A stretch of DNA of 64,000 nt, taken from positions 8,263-72,262 of the forward strand of contig SFDT01000002.1 in assembly GCA_004558115.1 (NCBI GenBank), written 5' to 3'. Of the stretch, positions 18,938-27,800 are shown one piece after another; the first letter of the stretch is position 1, and each line of letters starts with the position of its first letter. Origin of the DNA: Clostridiales bacterium. GTDB taxonomy: Bacteria; Bacillota; Clostridia; Oscillospirales; Oscillospiraceae. A program made the translations under genes and the position numbers. The notes below the pieces were generated by a model. The model ran no database searches. It was not told where the DNA came from and saw only the letters and a program-made list of their open reading frames with translations.

Positions 18938-21211
18938 ATGCGAAAACACAGAGTCTTAGCGGGGATTCTGACTGCCATCATGCTGCTTGGCATGGTGCCG
19001 TCCGCGCTTGCGGCGGGAACAGCCGAATATAAGGGCCCGAATCCGGGACAGATCACCTATGCCGAGCAGGGTGTTATTCTGGACAAGAATGCTACGGAAC
19101 TGAAAAGCGGCGAAACGACACTGAATCTGACTATCTCCGCCCCCTCTGACCAGAGTCCCGTGGCGGTGGAGTTCGTGCTGGACGGCACCAGCAGCCTGCA
19201 CGGTATCTCTGGCGATACGAACCCGGTCAAGAAGATGGTGACGGATATTCAAAATAAGCTTTCCGGTAAGCTGGATAACGTCTATGTGGGCATCACTGTG
19301 TTCGGCAGCAAGGCGGCGACCGTAGTGCCCATGTCCAAGCTGCAGGATGCCGGCAATTTTGACATCGACAGCTGGGCAACTGTCCTGCGGGCGGCTGACT
19401 TCCTGGGTACCAACGTGCAGGCGGGCCTCAAAGCCGGCATCGCGGACCTGACTTCCGCAACTCTGCCTGCCCATACCCGGAAGTACATGGTACTCATCAC
19501 TGACGGCGGCAGCTATTACTGGATGAACGGCAACGAAGCCGTCAACAACAGCTACTATACCGGTCGTGACAATGATGGAACGCCTACGACCGCGTCTTTG
19601 ATGAACAGTGACGCCGCGGACGGCGGCTACACTGCGTTGACCTCCTTGAAAAATATGCCCGCTCTCAGCGCGGCGCCCAAGACCTACGGTGACCCCGATG
19701 CCCATGAGCCTCTGGCTGCCGCGGTCCAGGATATCAAGAGCGACGACGACAAATATACCAACTTTGAGACCGGCATTTACTGGGCTGCTCAGGAACTGAA
19801 CAACATTCCCGATGATGTGAATCTCTTTACCGTAGGCAAAGACTATTATAAAAACCAGGGCATCGATGCTCTGACGAATCTGGCCGGAGAGTTTGTGCAG
19901 ATGGCCATCGACATGGATGATACCAAGCTCTCTGAAAAACTGATGAACAAGGACCTGAGTACGGCTCTGGACCTGATCGTTCAGAAGATCAGTGTTATGG
20001 TCCCGAAGGACAGCACCGTTACCGACTATATCGGCCGCACCCAGAAGGACAAGGGTGAGACGGAGGATTATAACTTTGATGTCATCACCGAGGACGGCTT
20101 CACTCTCCGGGTGGGCGAAACCACCTACACCGGCAGCCGCGTGTCCGAGAACACCTGGACGTTCGGCGATGGCTCCAGACTGGTCTATACCGCCGGCTCT
20201 GATGAGCACTTTGTTCTGACCTTGGGCCAGGATATCGTCCGCGGCGGCAAGGTGTCTCTGGTCTATAACGCAAAGCTGGCCCAGTATGATGCCTCCAGCG
20301 GACATCATGACGTGCTGACCAACGTGGTTGCTTACCTGACTCCTGTGAACAGCAATGAGGGTATGCCTTTCCCCGAGCCCAGCCTGGGCTACCAGGTTGG
20401 CGGCGGTGGCGGCGGCGGTGGGACCATCATTCCCGATGATGAGCCCCCCAAGGCCGAGCTGAACGAGACCGACCATTACGCTTATATCATTGGCCGTAAG
20501 GACGGCTTGGTCCATCCCGAGGCCAACATCACCCGCGGCGAGGTGGCCACCATTTACTTCCGTATGCTCACTGACGAATCCCGCAATGAGCTGTGGAGCC
20601 AGAGCAATCCCTACACCGATGTCCAGCCGGATACCTGGTGCAATGCCGCTGTTTCCACCATGACCCGCGCCGGCGTGATCCAGGGCTTCTCTGACGGCAC
20701 TTTCCGCCCCTATGCGCCTATCACCCGTGCCCAGTTTGCCACCATCGCGGTCCGCTTCTTCGAGGTGGTCTACTCCGGCGATGACAAGTTCACCGATATC
20801 GCTGACCACTGGGCGAAGGATTACATCAACAAGGCCGCTGAGGCCGCGCTGATCAACGGATTCTCCGATGGCACGTTCCGTCCCAATCAGAACATTACCC
20901 GTGCCCAGGCCATGGCCATCTTCAACCGCGTGCTGGGCCGCGCTCCTGAGAAGGACCATCTGCTGCCTGGCGAGATGATCACCTGGCCTGACAACATGGA
21001 TAAGAACGCGTGGTATTACGCCAACATGCAGGAGGCCACTAACTCCCACGAGTATAGGGTCGAGTACGACGCGGACGGCGAGCCTTACGAGGTCTGGACC
21101 AAGCTCCTGCCTGTCCGTGACTGGGCTGCGTTTGAGAAGGAATGGTCCACGGTGAACTCCGCCGCCAACCCCGGTGAGGTCATCTCCGTTCCCGTAAACG
21201 TCAAGAAATAA
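18938..21211 (+). CDS. Secreted surface protein: vWA domain plus C-terminal S-layer homology (SLH) repeats
   Basis: Signal peptide; MIDAS-like FVLDGTSS, TNVQAGL, LITDG; Gly linker; SLH motifs ITRGEVA, ITRAQFA, ITRAQAM. Confidence 0.88.
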   Translation: MRKHRVLAGILTAIMLLGMVPSALAAGTAEYKGPNPGQITYAEQGVILDKNATELKSGETTLNLTISAPSDQSPVAVEFVLDGTSSLHGISGDTNPVKKMVTDIQNKLSGKLDNVYVGITVFGSKAATVVPMSKLQDAGNFDIDSWATVLRAADFLGTNVQAGLKAGIADLTSATLPAHTRKYMVLITDGGSYYWMNGNEAVNNSYYTGRDNDGTPTTASLMNSDAADGGYTALTSLKNMPALSAAPKTYGDPDAHEPLAAAVQDIKSDDDKYTNFETGIYWAAQELNNIPDDVNLFTVGKDYYKNQGIDALTNLAGEFVQMAIDMDDTKLSEKLMNKDLSTALDLIVQKISVMVPKDSTVTDYIGRTQKDKGETEDYNFDVITEDGFTLRVGETTYTGSRVSENTWTFGDGSRLVYTAGSDEHFVLTLGQDIVRGGKVSLVYNAKLAQYDASSGHHDVLTNVVAYLTPVNSNEGMPFPEPSLGYQVGGGGGGGGTIIPDDEPPKAELNETDHYAYIIGRKDGLVHPEANITRGEVATIYFRMLTDESRNELWSQSNPYTDVQPDTWCNAAVSTMTRAGVIQGFSDGTFRPYAPITRAQFATIAVRFFEVVYSGDDKFTDIADHWAKDYINKAAEAALINGFSDGTFRPNQNITRAQAMAIFNRVLGRAPEKDHLLPGEMITWPDNMDKNAWYYANMQEATNSHEYRVEYDADGEPYEVWTKLLPVRDWAAFEKEWSTVNSAANPGEVISVPVNVKK

Positions 21212-21221
21212 GAACTTGCTG

Positions 21222-21255
21222 AAAGGCCGCCGTGGGAATCCACGGCGGCCTTTTT
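21222..21255 (+). terminator. Intrinsic terminator after the SLH gene
   Basis: AAAGGCCGCCGTGG-GAAT-CCACGGCGGCCTTTTT. Confidence 0.88.
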
Positions 21256-21384
21256 CACAGCGGTAAAAGGGTATAAAAAAACAAGAAATTTGAAAGGGAA
21301 AATAAAAAAGCAATTTTGTAAAAGAAAAACGGAAAATGCGCTGAAAAAAATCCAAAATTTTGCAATTTCCTTATATCGGAACGC

Positions 21385-21413
21385 TTGAATTTACCAGAGG
21401 AATGTGCTACCAT
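21385..21413 (+). promoter_or_regulatory. Putative sigma70/A promoter of the PqqD-lipoprotein-precursor-kinase-rSAM operon
   Basis: TTGAAT-17bp-TACCAT with extended -10 TG; long A-rich upstream region (21270-21360). Confidence 0.6.
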
Positions 21414-21521
21414 AACAATAATTATTCTGATAGTAGGGGTACTATGCCCATTTGCGGTAAAACGGCCTTTTGCAGAGGTGCAAGGCTCCTGCGGTCATGG
21501 AAAAAAGGGGTGAAAAGAAGT

Positions 21522-21785
21522 TTGAAAGCGACAAGTGAAGTGGTCCTTCGGGAGATCGCTGGAGAGAACCTTCTCATCCCGGTCGGACAGACAGCACTGA
21601 AGATCCACGGCATGATCACCCTCAGCGAGAGCGGATTGCTGCTGTGGAACCGGCTCCAGGAGGAGTGTACCGAGGAAGACCTGGTGAATGCCCTGCTGGC
21701 GGAATACCAGGTGGACCGGGAGACTGCCACCGCTGATGTGAAAGCGTTTGTCCAGCAAATGCGGGAAGTGGGGATCCTGGTTTGA
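21522..21785 (+). CDS. Stand-alone PqqD-family protein (RiPP recognition element)
   Basis: TTG start after AAGGGGTG; VLREIAGENLLIPVG...ITLSESGLLLWNRL...EDLVNALLAEYQVDRETATADVKAFVQQMREVGIL, a typical PqqD/lasso B1 pattern. Confidence 0.9.
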   Translation: MKATSEVVLREIAGENLLIPVGQTALKIHGMITLSESGLLLWNRLQEECTEEDLVNALLAEYQVDRETATADVKAFVQQMREVGILV

Positions 21786-22450
21786 GACAACAAGGAAAGC
21801 CCCTGGCAGCTTTCTTCGGAAGAGCTGTGGCCCCCTTGGCGATTACACTGCTTTTGCTGCTGAGCGGCTGCGGGAAGGCGAAGGAAGACATTTCGTTTCC
21901 CTGTCAGCTGGCGGAGAACAGCCTCAGCGTCACATCTTTGTTCCAATACTCTGGAGACAATCCGGACTGCGGCGATGAGGCGGGGGAGAATATCGCCTCT
22001 CTGGCCGTCACCAACCAGTCTGGCCGACACCTGACCTCCGCAAAGATCACCGCGAAGCTGGCGGACGGCACGAGGCTGACCTTCCAGCTGGCGGATATCC
22101 CCGCGGGACAGACGGTGTGGGTGTTTGACCAGGACAATGGTAGTTTTGCGTCATCCAGCGCCTGTAAGGAATTGAAGTGCGAGGCGTCCTTTGAAGCGGA
22201 GACGCCTTTGCTGGAGGACCAGGTGGCAGTGGAGACGGAGGGTACTTCCGTGACGCTGACCAACCTGACGGACGAAGACCTTGCAGGCCTGACAGTCTAT
22301 TGCCATTGCCTGTTTGATGGGACCTATTTCGGAGGTTTGACTTACGCATATCCCGTGGATGGCATTCCCGCGGGAGAGAGCGTCACGATCCAGGCGGAGG
22401 AATGCTATTTGGGTGAAGCAGCAGTTGTACGGGTGACCCGGAACAGCTGA
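21782..22450 (+). CDS. Hypothetical lipoprotein, translationally coupled to PqqD
   Basis: Lipobox LLLLLSGC; beta-rich body with several Cys; TTGA start/stop overlap. Confidence 0.75.
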   Translation: MRQQGKPLAAFFGRAVAPLAITLLLLLSGCGKAKEDISFPCQLAENSLSVTSLFQYSGDNPDCGDEAGENIASLAVTNQSGRHLTSAKITAKLADGTRLTFQLADIPAGQTVWVFDQDNGSFASSSACKELKCEASFEAETPLLEDQVAVETEGTSVTLTNLTDEDLAGLTVYCHCLFDGTYFGGLTYAYPVDGIPAGESVTIQAEECYLGEAAVVRVTRNS

Positions 22451-22509
22451 GCAGATAAATTCGTTGCCGGGTGCGAGACCCACCGGCCGGAAAACGAGAG
22501 GAGAAGACC

Positions 22510-22788
22510 ATGAAGACGTATGTAAAGCCTGAGCTCTATTTTGAGAGCTTTGAATTGTCGCAGCACATTGCGTCCTGCGACTTCAAGTTGGTAAATGCGC
22601 TGTATGACTCTAGCTGTGAAGTTGTGAAGACAGGTCCCAGTACAGCGCTGGGAAATTTTGGGGATATCATGGGTGGCTACTTTACTGAAGCCACGAAATC
22701 TTGTGAGAAGAAAATCGGATTCGACCAGTTTGAGCACTACTGCTATACCAACGGCTCTGGCTCCCTGTACTGCCTGTTCCAGTCCTGA
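22510..22788 (+). CDS. Candidate RiPP precursor peptide (92 aa)
   Basis: ATG at 22510 after GAGGAG; N-terminal MKTYVKPELYFESFEL (YxxPxL leader motif); 5 Cys (23, 36, 65, 78, 88); ends in Ser; lies between the RRE gene and the modifying enzymes. Confidence 0.75.
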   Translation: MKTYVKPELYFESFELSQHIASCDFKLVNALYDSSCEVVKTGPSTALGNFGDIMGGYFTEATKSCEKKIGFDQFEHYCYTNGSGSLYCLFQS

Positions 22789-22794
22789 TTACCG

Positions 22795-23670
22795 GTGGAT
22801 TTCTGCACGGAATACGGCATCGCGGATGTGACCATCCGCCTGCATACCCCCAGGGAGGTCCAGTTGGCGGATAGCTTCCGTCCCTTTGTGGGAAGCACCG
22901 GCGGCGAGACTGCGGAGGTGTGGCTCCGGGAAACAGACCGCCTGCCCCAGCTGACCGGCCCGGTACTGTTTTCGGATGTGTCCTTTACCGTTTACCGGGA
23001 AGACGGCGGTTACATTCGCCGCTACCACGACCGAAGAGAGCAGGACCGCCCCTACGCGGTAGGAGAAGCGGCCTGGAAGAGCGGACGGGAGACCGTGTCG
23101 TTTCTCTCCGGTGACTGGCAGTTTTTCTCCGGGAGCCAGAACTGTGTGTCCCACATCGCTCTGGAAGAGCTGCTGCTCTGGTATGACCGGCTCATTCTCC
23201 ACGCCTCCTTTGTGGCGTCGCCCTTTGGCGGCATCCTGTTTTCCGGACCGTCCGGCATCGGGAAGTCCACCCAGGCGGACCTCTGGGTACGGTACGGGGG
23301 AGCGAGGCTCATCAACGGGGACCGCACCATCCTCCGGCCGGACAGCGGCCGCTGGCTGGCCTACGGCTCTCCATACGCCGGTTCCTCCCGGTGCTATGTG
23401 AATGAAAAGCACCCGGTGCGGGCCATCGTCCTGCTGGAGCAGGGCGGTGACTGCCGGCTCACCCGGCTGCCCCAGCCGGCGGCTTTCCAAAAGCTGTATG
23501 CCGGCACCACAGTCAACGCCTGGAACCCGGTATTTGTGGAGCGCGTCTGCACGCTGCTTGCACAATTGGTGGCGGAAGTTCCGGTGTATGCCCTGCGGTG
23601 CACGCCGGACCGGGCGGCGGTGGAGCTCCTGCGGTCCCAACTCCTGAAGGAAGAGACAAATGGAACGTAA
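22795..23670 (+). CDS. HPr-kinase-related P-loop protein (ScmC/PadeK-like peptide kinase candidate)
   Basis: LHASFV...GILFSGPSGIGKSTQADLW...LINGDRTIL; YGSPYAGSS. Confidence 0.82.
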   Translation: MDFCTEYGIADVTIRLHTPREVQLADSFRPFVGSTGGETAEVWLRETDRLPQLTGPVLFSDVSFTVYREDGGYIRRYHDRREQDRPYAVGEAAWKSGRETVSFLSGDWQFFSGSQNCVSHIALEELLLWYDRLILHASFVASPFGGILFSGPSGIGKSTQADLWVRYGGARLINGDRTILRPDSGRWLAYGSPYAGSSRCYVNEKHPVRAIVLLEQGGDCRLTRLPQPAAFQKLYAGTTVNAWNPVFVERVCTLLAQLVAEVPVYALRCTPDRAAVELLRSQLLKEETNGT

Positions 23671-24799
23671 AGAAGTAAACTACGAAGCGGCGCTGACCCA
23701 GTACCTGTTTCAGAAGGCCTCCCGGGCGCGGCTCCCCCTCAGCGGGACCTTTGAGCTTTCCCCGGTGTGCAATCTGAACTGCCGGATGTGTTATGTCCGC
23801 AAGACGCCCCAGGAGGTGGCCGCCCACGACCGCCCCATGATGACGCTGGAACAGTGGCTGCACATCGCGCGGGAAGCCAAACAGGCCGGAATGCTGTATC
23901 TGCTGCTGACCGGCGGAGAACCGTTTTTGTGGCCGGATTTCTGGGAGCTGTACGAACAGCTGACGGCCATGGGATTTCTGGTGTCCATCAACAGCAACGG
24001 CACCCTCATTGACGGCGAGGCCATCCGGCGGCTGAAAGCCAATCCGCCCACCCGCGTCAACATCACCCTCTACGGCGCCGGGGACGAAACGTACCGGGCA
24101 CTGTGCCGGGCGGATGGGATGTTTGACCGTGTGGACCGGGCCATCAGCGGCCTGCGGGAAGCCGGCGTTCTGGTGAAGCTGAACTGCTCGCTGACCCCGG
24201 CAAACGCCAAAGACCTGGAAGCCCTATGCCGGTACGCCCGGGAGCGGGAGCTGATTTTGGAAATCAATACCTACATGTTTCCTCCGCTGCGCCGGGACCC
24301 GGCTATGGTCGGGCGGAACCAGCGGTTCACACCGCAGGAGGCGGCCTGGTACCACTTCAAAAAGTACCAGTACCAGCAGGGGGATGAACGATACATCCGC
24401 TTTTTGAAAAACGCGGAGCGGGGCTTGATCGATCCGCCTGGCCTGGACGAACAGTGTGTGGACCCGGTGGACGGAAAGATCGCCTGCCGGGCGGGGAACG
24501 CCTCCTTCTGGATCACCTGGGACGGATGGATGACTCCCTGCGGCATGATGCCCGCGCCAAAGGTGGATATCACGGCCCTCCCGTTTTCGGAGGCCTGGGC
24601 GGAACTCGTGCAGGTCACCGAAGAACTGGCCGTGTCCAGCGTTTGTCTGGGCTGTGCCAACCAGGCAATGTGCCACGCCTGTGCCGCCATGGCCATGGCG
24701 GAAACGGGCAGTGCGGGGGGCATCCCCACATATCTGTGCCGGATGGTGGAAGAAATGAAGCGTCTGGCGAAAGAAGAGCTGGCCACGTTGGGCCAGTAG
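23660..24799 (+). CDS. Radical SAM/SPASM-domain protein (peptide maturase candidate)
   Basis: CNLNCRMC; LTGGEPF; SNGTLI; SPASM Cys pattern CRAG...MTPC...CLGCANQAMCHACAA...YLC; overlaps the kinase stop. Confidence 0.92.
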   Translation: MERKEVNYEAALTQYLFQKASRARLPLSGTFELSPVCNLNCRMCYVRKTPQEVAAHDRPMMTLEQWLHIAREAKQAGMLYLLLTGGEPFLWPDFWELYEQLTAMGFLVSINSNGTLIDGEAIRRLKANPPTRVNITLYGAGDETYRALCRADGMFDRVDRAISGLREAGVLVKLNCSLTPANAKDLEALCRYARERELILEINTYMFPPLRRDPAMVGRNQRFTPQEAAWYHFKKYQYQQGDERYIRFLKNAERGLIDPPGLDEQCVDPVDGKIACRAGNASFWITWDGWMTPCGMMPAPKVDITALPFSEAWAELVQVTEELAVSSVCLGCANQAMCHACAAMAMAETGSAGGIPTYLCRMVEEMKRLAKEELATLGQ

Positions 24800-24887
24800 A
24801 TTCCCTTAACCTGCAAATCCATGTAAATATGATTTGCATTTGCATATAGATCAAGTAGACCAAGAAAAACCGAGGAGGTTCAATGCT

Positions 24888-27800
24888 ATGAGAAGACACG
24901 GATTGAAAAAGGGCCTGTCCCTGCTGCTGGTCTTTTGCATGATCCTGAGCCTGCTGCCCATGACGGCACTGGCGGAGGAGATCAGCGAGCCCAGCGCCGC
25001 CGTGGAGGAACAGTCCCCCGCATCCGGCGATACAACGGCCGTGGATACCGGCGAAGATCAGCAGGATGAGGCCGGCACCGGTGAAGCCAGCGAAGCTGGC
25101 ACCGGCGAGGCTGGCACCGGCGAGGCTGGCACCGGCGAGGCCGCTGAGGCTGGCACCGGCGAGACCGGCGAAGCTGGCACCGGCGAGGAAAGCAAGAGCA
25201 CAATCGATAAGATCACGGATATTCTGGGCGATTTCCTGGGCACGATCTCCGGTGAAAAATCGGAGGAAGAGGCCGCACAGGATGAAGCCAATGCCAAGGC
25301 CGCGGAATTGGCCCTTTCCAAGGCTGCCGCCGAGGAGGCCGCCGCGCAGCAGGCCGCGGAAGAGGCTGCCGCCAAGGCTGCTGCCGAACAGCTGGAAGCT
25401 GAGCTGGAAGCGGTGCTGACGGTGGAGGCAACGAAAGAAGCCCGCGATACCAGCGATGATGATTTCTATAAGGTCGTCCATCTGGACGCCGGCCGTAAGT
25501 ATTTCAGCGTGGACAGCATCAAGGCCATCATTGACACCATGGCTGATGCCGGCTATAACCAGCTGGAGCTGTACCTGTCTGACAACCAGGGCTTCCGCTT
25601 TGCCCTGGATGACATGACCATCACGACCTCTTACGACACCTATGATTTGAGCGAGTCTCTCGGTGACGGCTATTCCGACGGCAGCAAGTATCCCGACGGC
25701 AGCGACAAGTATCTGACGCAGGACGAGATGGATACCATCATCGATTACGCCAAGAAGAACCACATTGAGATCGTGCCCTGCATCAACACCCCGGGCCACA
25801 TGGGCGCCATTCTGGAGAAGTTCTCTGATTTCCGTTACAGCGGTTCCAAGAGCTCCATCGATCTGGAGAATCCGGAGGCTGTGGCTTTTGCCCTGGCCAT
25901 TGTGAAGAAGTATGCCGATTACTTTGCCGGTAAGGGCTGCGACTTCTTCAATATCGGCGCGGATGAGTATGCCAATGACCTGTCTTCCACCATGGGCTTT
26001 GAGCGCCTGTATACCGCTGGCAAATACCAGCGCTTTGTGGACTATTTGAACGCCGCCGCCCAGATCGTTATCAACGAGGGCATGACCCCCCGCGCCTTCA
26101 ACGACGGCATCTATTATAAGAATGACACCTCTTACAGCATCAACAAGGCCATCCAGGTCTGCTATTGGTCTGCCCAGTGGATCGGCTACAACGTAGCCGA
26201 TGCGGATATCATCAGCCAGAAGGGCCATACGATGATCAACACCAATGGTTCCTACTACTGGGTGCTGGGCAACAGTAGCTGGCAGTGCAGCGCTGAGAAA
26301 GCGGCGGGCTTTGACTATACCCTTTTCTCCGGCGATAAGACCATTTCCACCGCGAAGGGCGCTATGTTCTGCATCTGGTGCGACGTGGGCAATGCGGCTA
26401 GCCAGGAGTCTGTTGTCTCCGCCACCGCGGATGTGATCACGGCCTTTGGTTCCGCGCTGCCGGTCGCTGACAGCGGAAACGGCACGGCGGAGTATCCCTA
26501 TGACATGACGGACGCGAAAAACGCGGATGTCCTGGTGGGTCTGAAGCTGGGCGAGTCCTGCTACCTCACCATGGGCGCAGAAGTGGTTTGGAAGACCAGT
26601 GACCCGAGTGTGCTTCAGATTGAGGCTTATGAGGTGAATACACTGACAGCGAACTACTATGCGCAGCCCGGCGAGATGGATGGGGACACAGAGGATGATG
26701 GTGTGACCGCCACCACCGTAAAGGTGACGGCGACCGGCATCGGCGAAGCTACCCTGTACGCTGGCACGGAGGCCTTTGACAGCTCTGTGGAGCCAGAGAA
26801 GGAAAAGACGATCACCGTAACCGTAGGAAAGACAGCTATTGAAACTGTCGACAATGCCAATTACGCCGGTGCGTATACAACGGAAGACCCCCACATTGCC
26901 ACAGTTCAGGTGACTGGTACGAATAGCACGGAACCGACCGTGACTTATACGCGGGCTTCTGTTAGATGTAGTGCGCTTATCAGCGGTGACAACGATAACT
27001 GGACGGCTGCCAACAATTATTATTATACGCCTGATGGAACGAATTACTATCCGGTATATGCAAAGAGAAGCAGGGAATGGAGCTGGAGCAGTTTTGCTTA
27101 TGTTTACACCTACACCTGGGGATACTCCACGACAAGCTCTGCTGACAATGTGACGCAAATCGGCACCCAGAGTACCACGAACACCAGCACTACCCCCAAC
27201 ATCACCGTTTACACCAAGTCCGGCACGGATGGGACTCCTGCCTCCACCATCATCACGTTCACAGGCGTGAGCGTCGGCACCACCTATGTCACCATCGGCG
27301 ATACGAAATATACCATCGAGGTTAAGCCCGTGGACTTGAGCAATGTCACGCCCCTGACCGTGGAGTTCTGGATCACCAATAGACAGGTAGATGCAACGGT
27401 GAATGGCAGAAGCGCACAGTCCATGTCTATTGCCGCGACGGAAACCAATATTTACAGTGCAAACGGCGTGCTGTTCAGCAGCCTGGTCCCCGCCACTGGT
27501 ACGCAGGACGGCAACCCCATGGTTTTCTGGAAGGGTACCCGGCTGGCATCTAACAACACACAGACTACCGGCGGTGGTGTGGACAAAACAAACGCCGGTA
27601 CGGATTTTGCGTACATCCGGTATTGGGAGGATGGCAAAGGCGGCTATTGCTGGGCGTATTCCGCTGACCGTGTGACCTGGACCAATGTGGCCAGCGGTGA
27701 CCAGATCGTGGCCTACTATCTCCAAAAGACAGAGGTCACCGATGAGATCACGACACAGGTGGTGGACTGGGGAGTTGTTCCCAGCACTAGCTATAATTCC

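Noticed and set aside
21522..24799. Calling the cluster a lasso-peptide or PQQ biosynthesis locus
   Set aside because: No lasso cyclase or transglutaminase-like B2 protease, and the core is too long; no pqqA/B/C recognised
22510..24799. Calling it the SCIFF (six-cysteines-in-45) system
   Set aside because: The peptide lacks the SCIFF CQxSCQSACKTSC-type pattern and the queuosine/secD gene context
24812..24838. Inverted repeat TGCAAATC...GATTTGCA between the rSAM and GH20 genes
   Set aside because: Short AT-rich stem without a T-tract or second copy; cannot assign as terminator or operator
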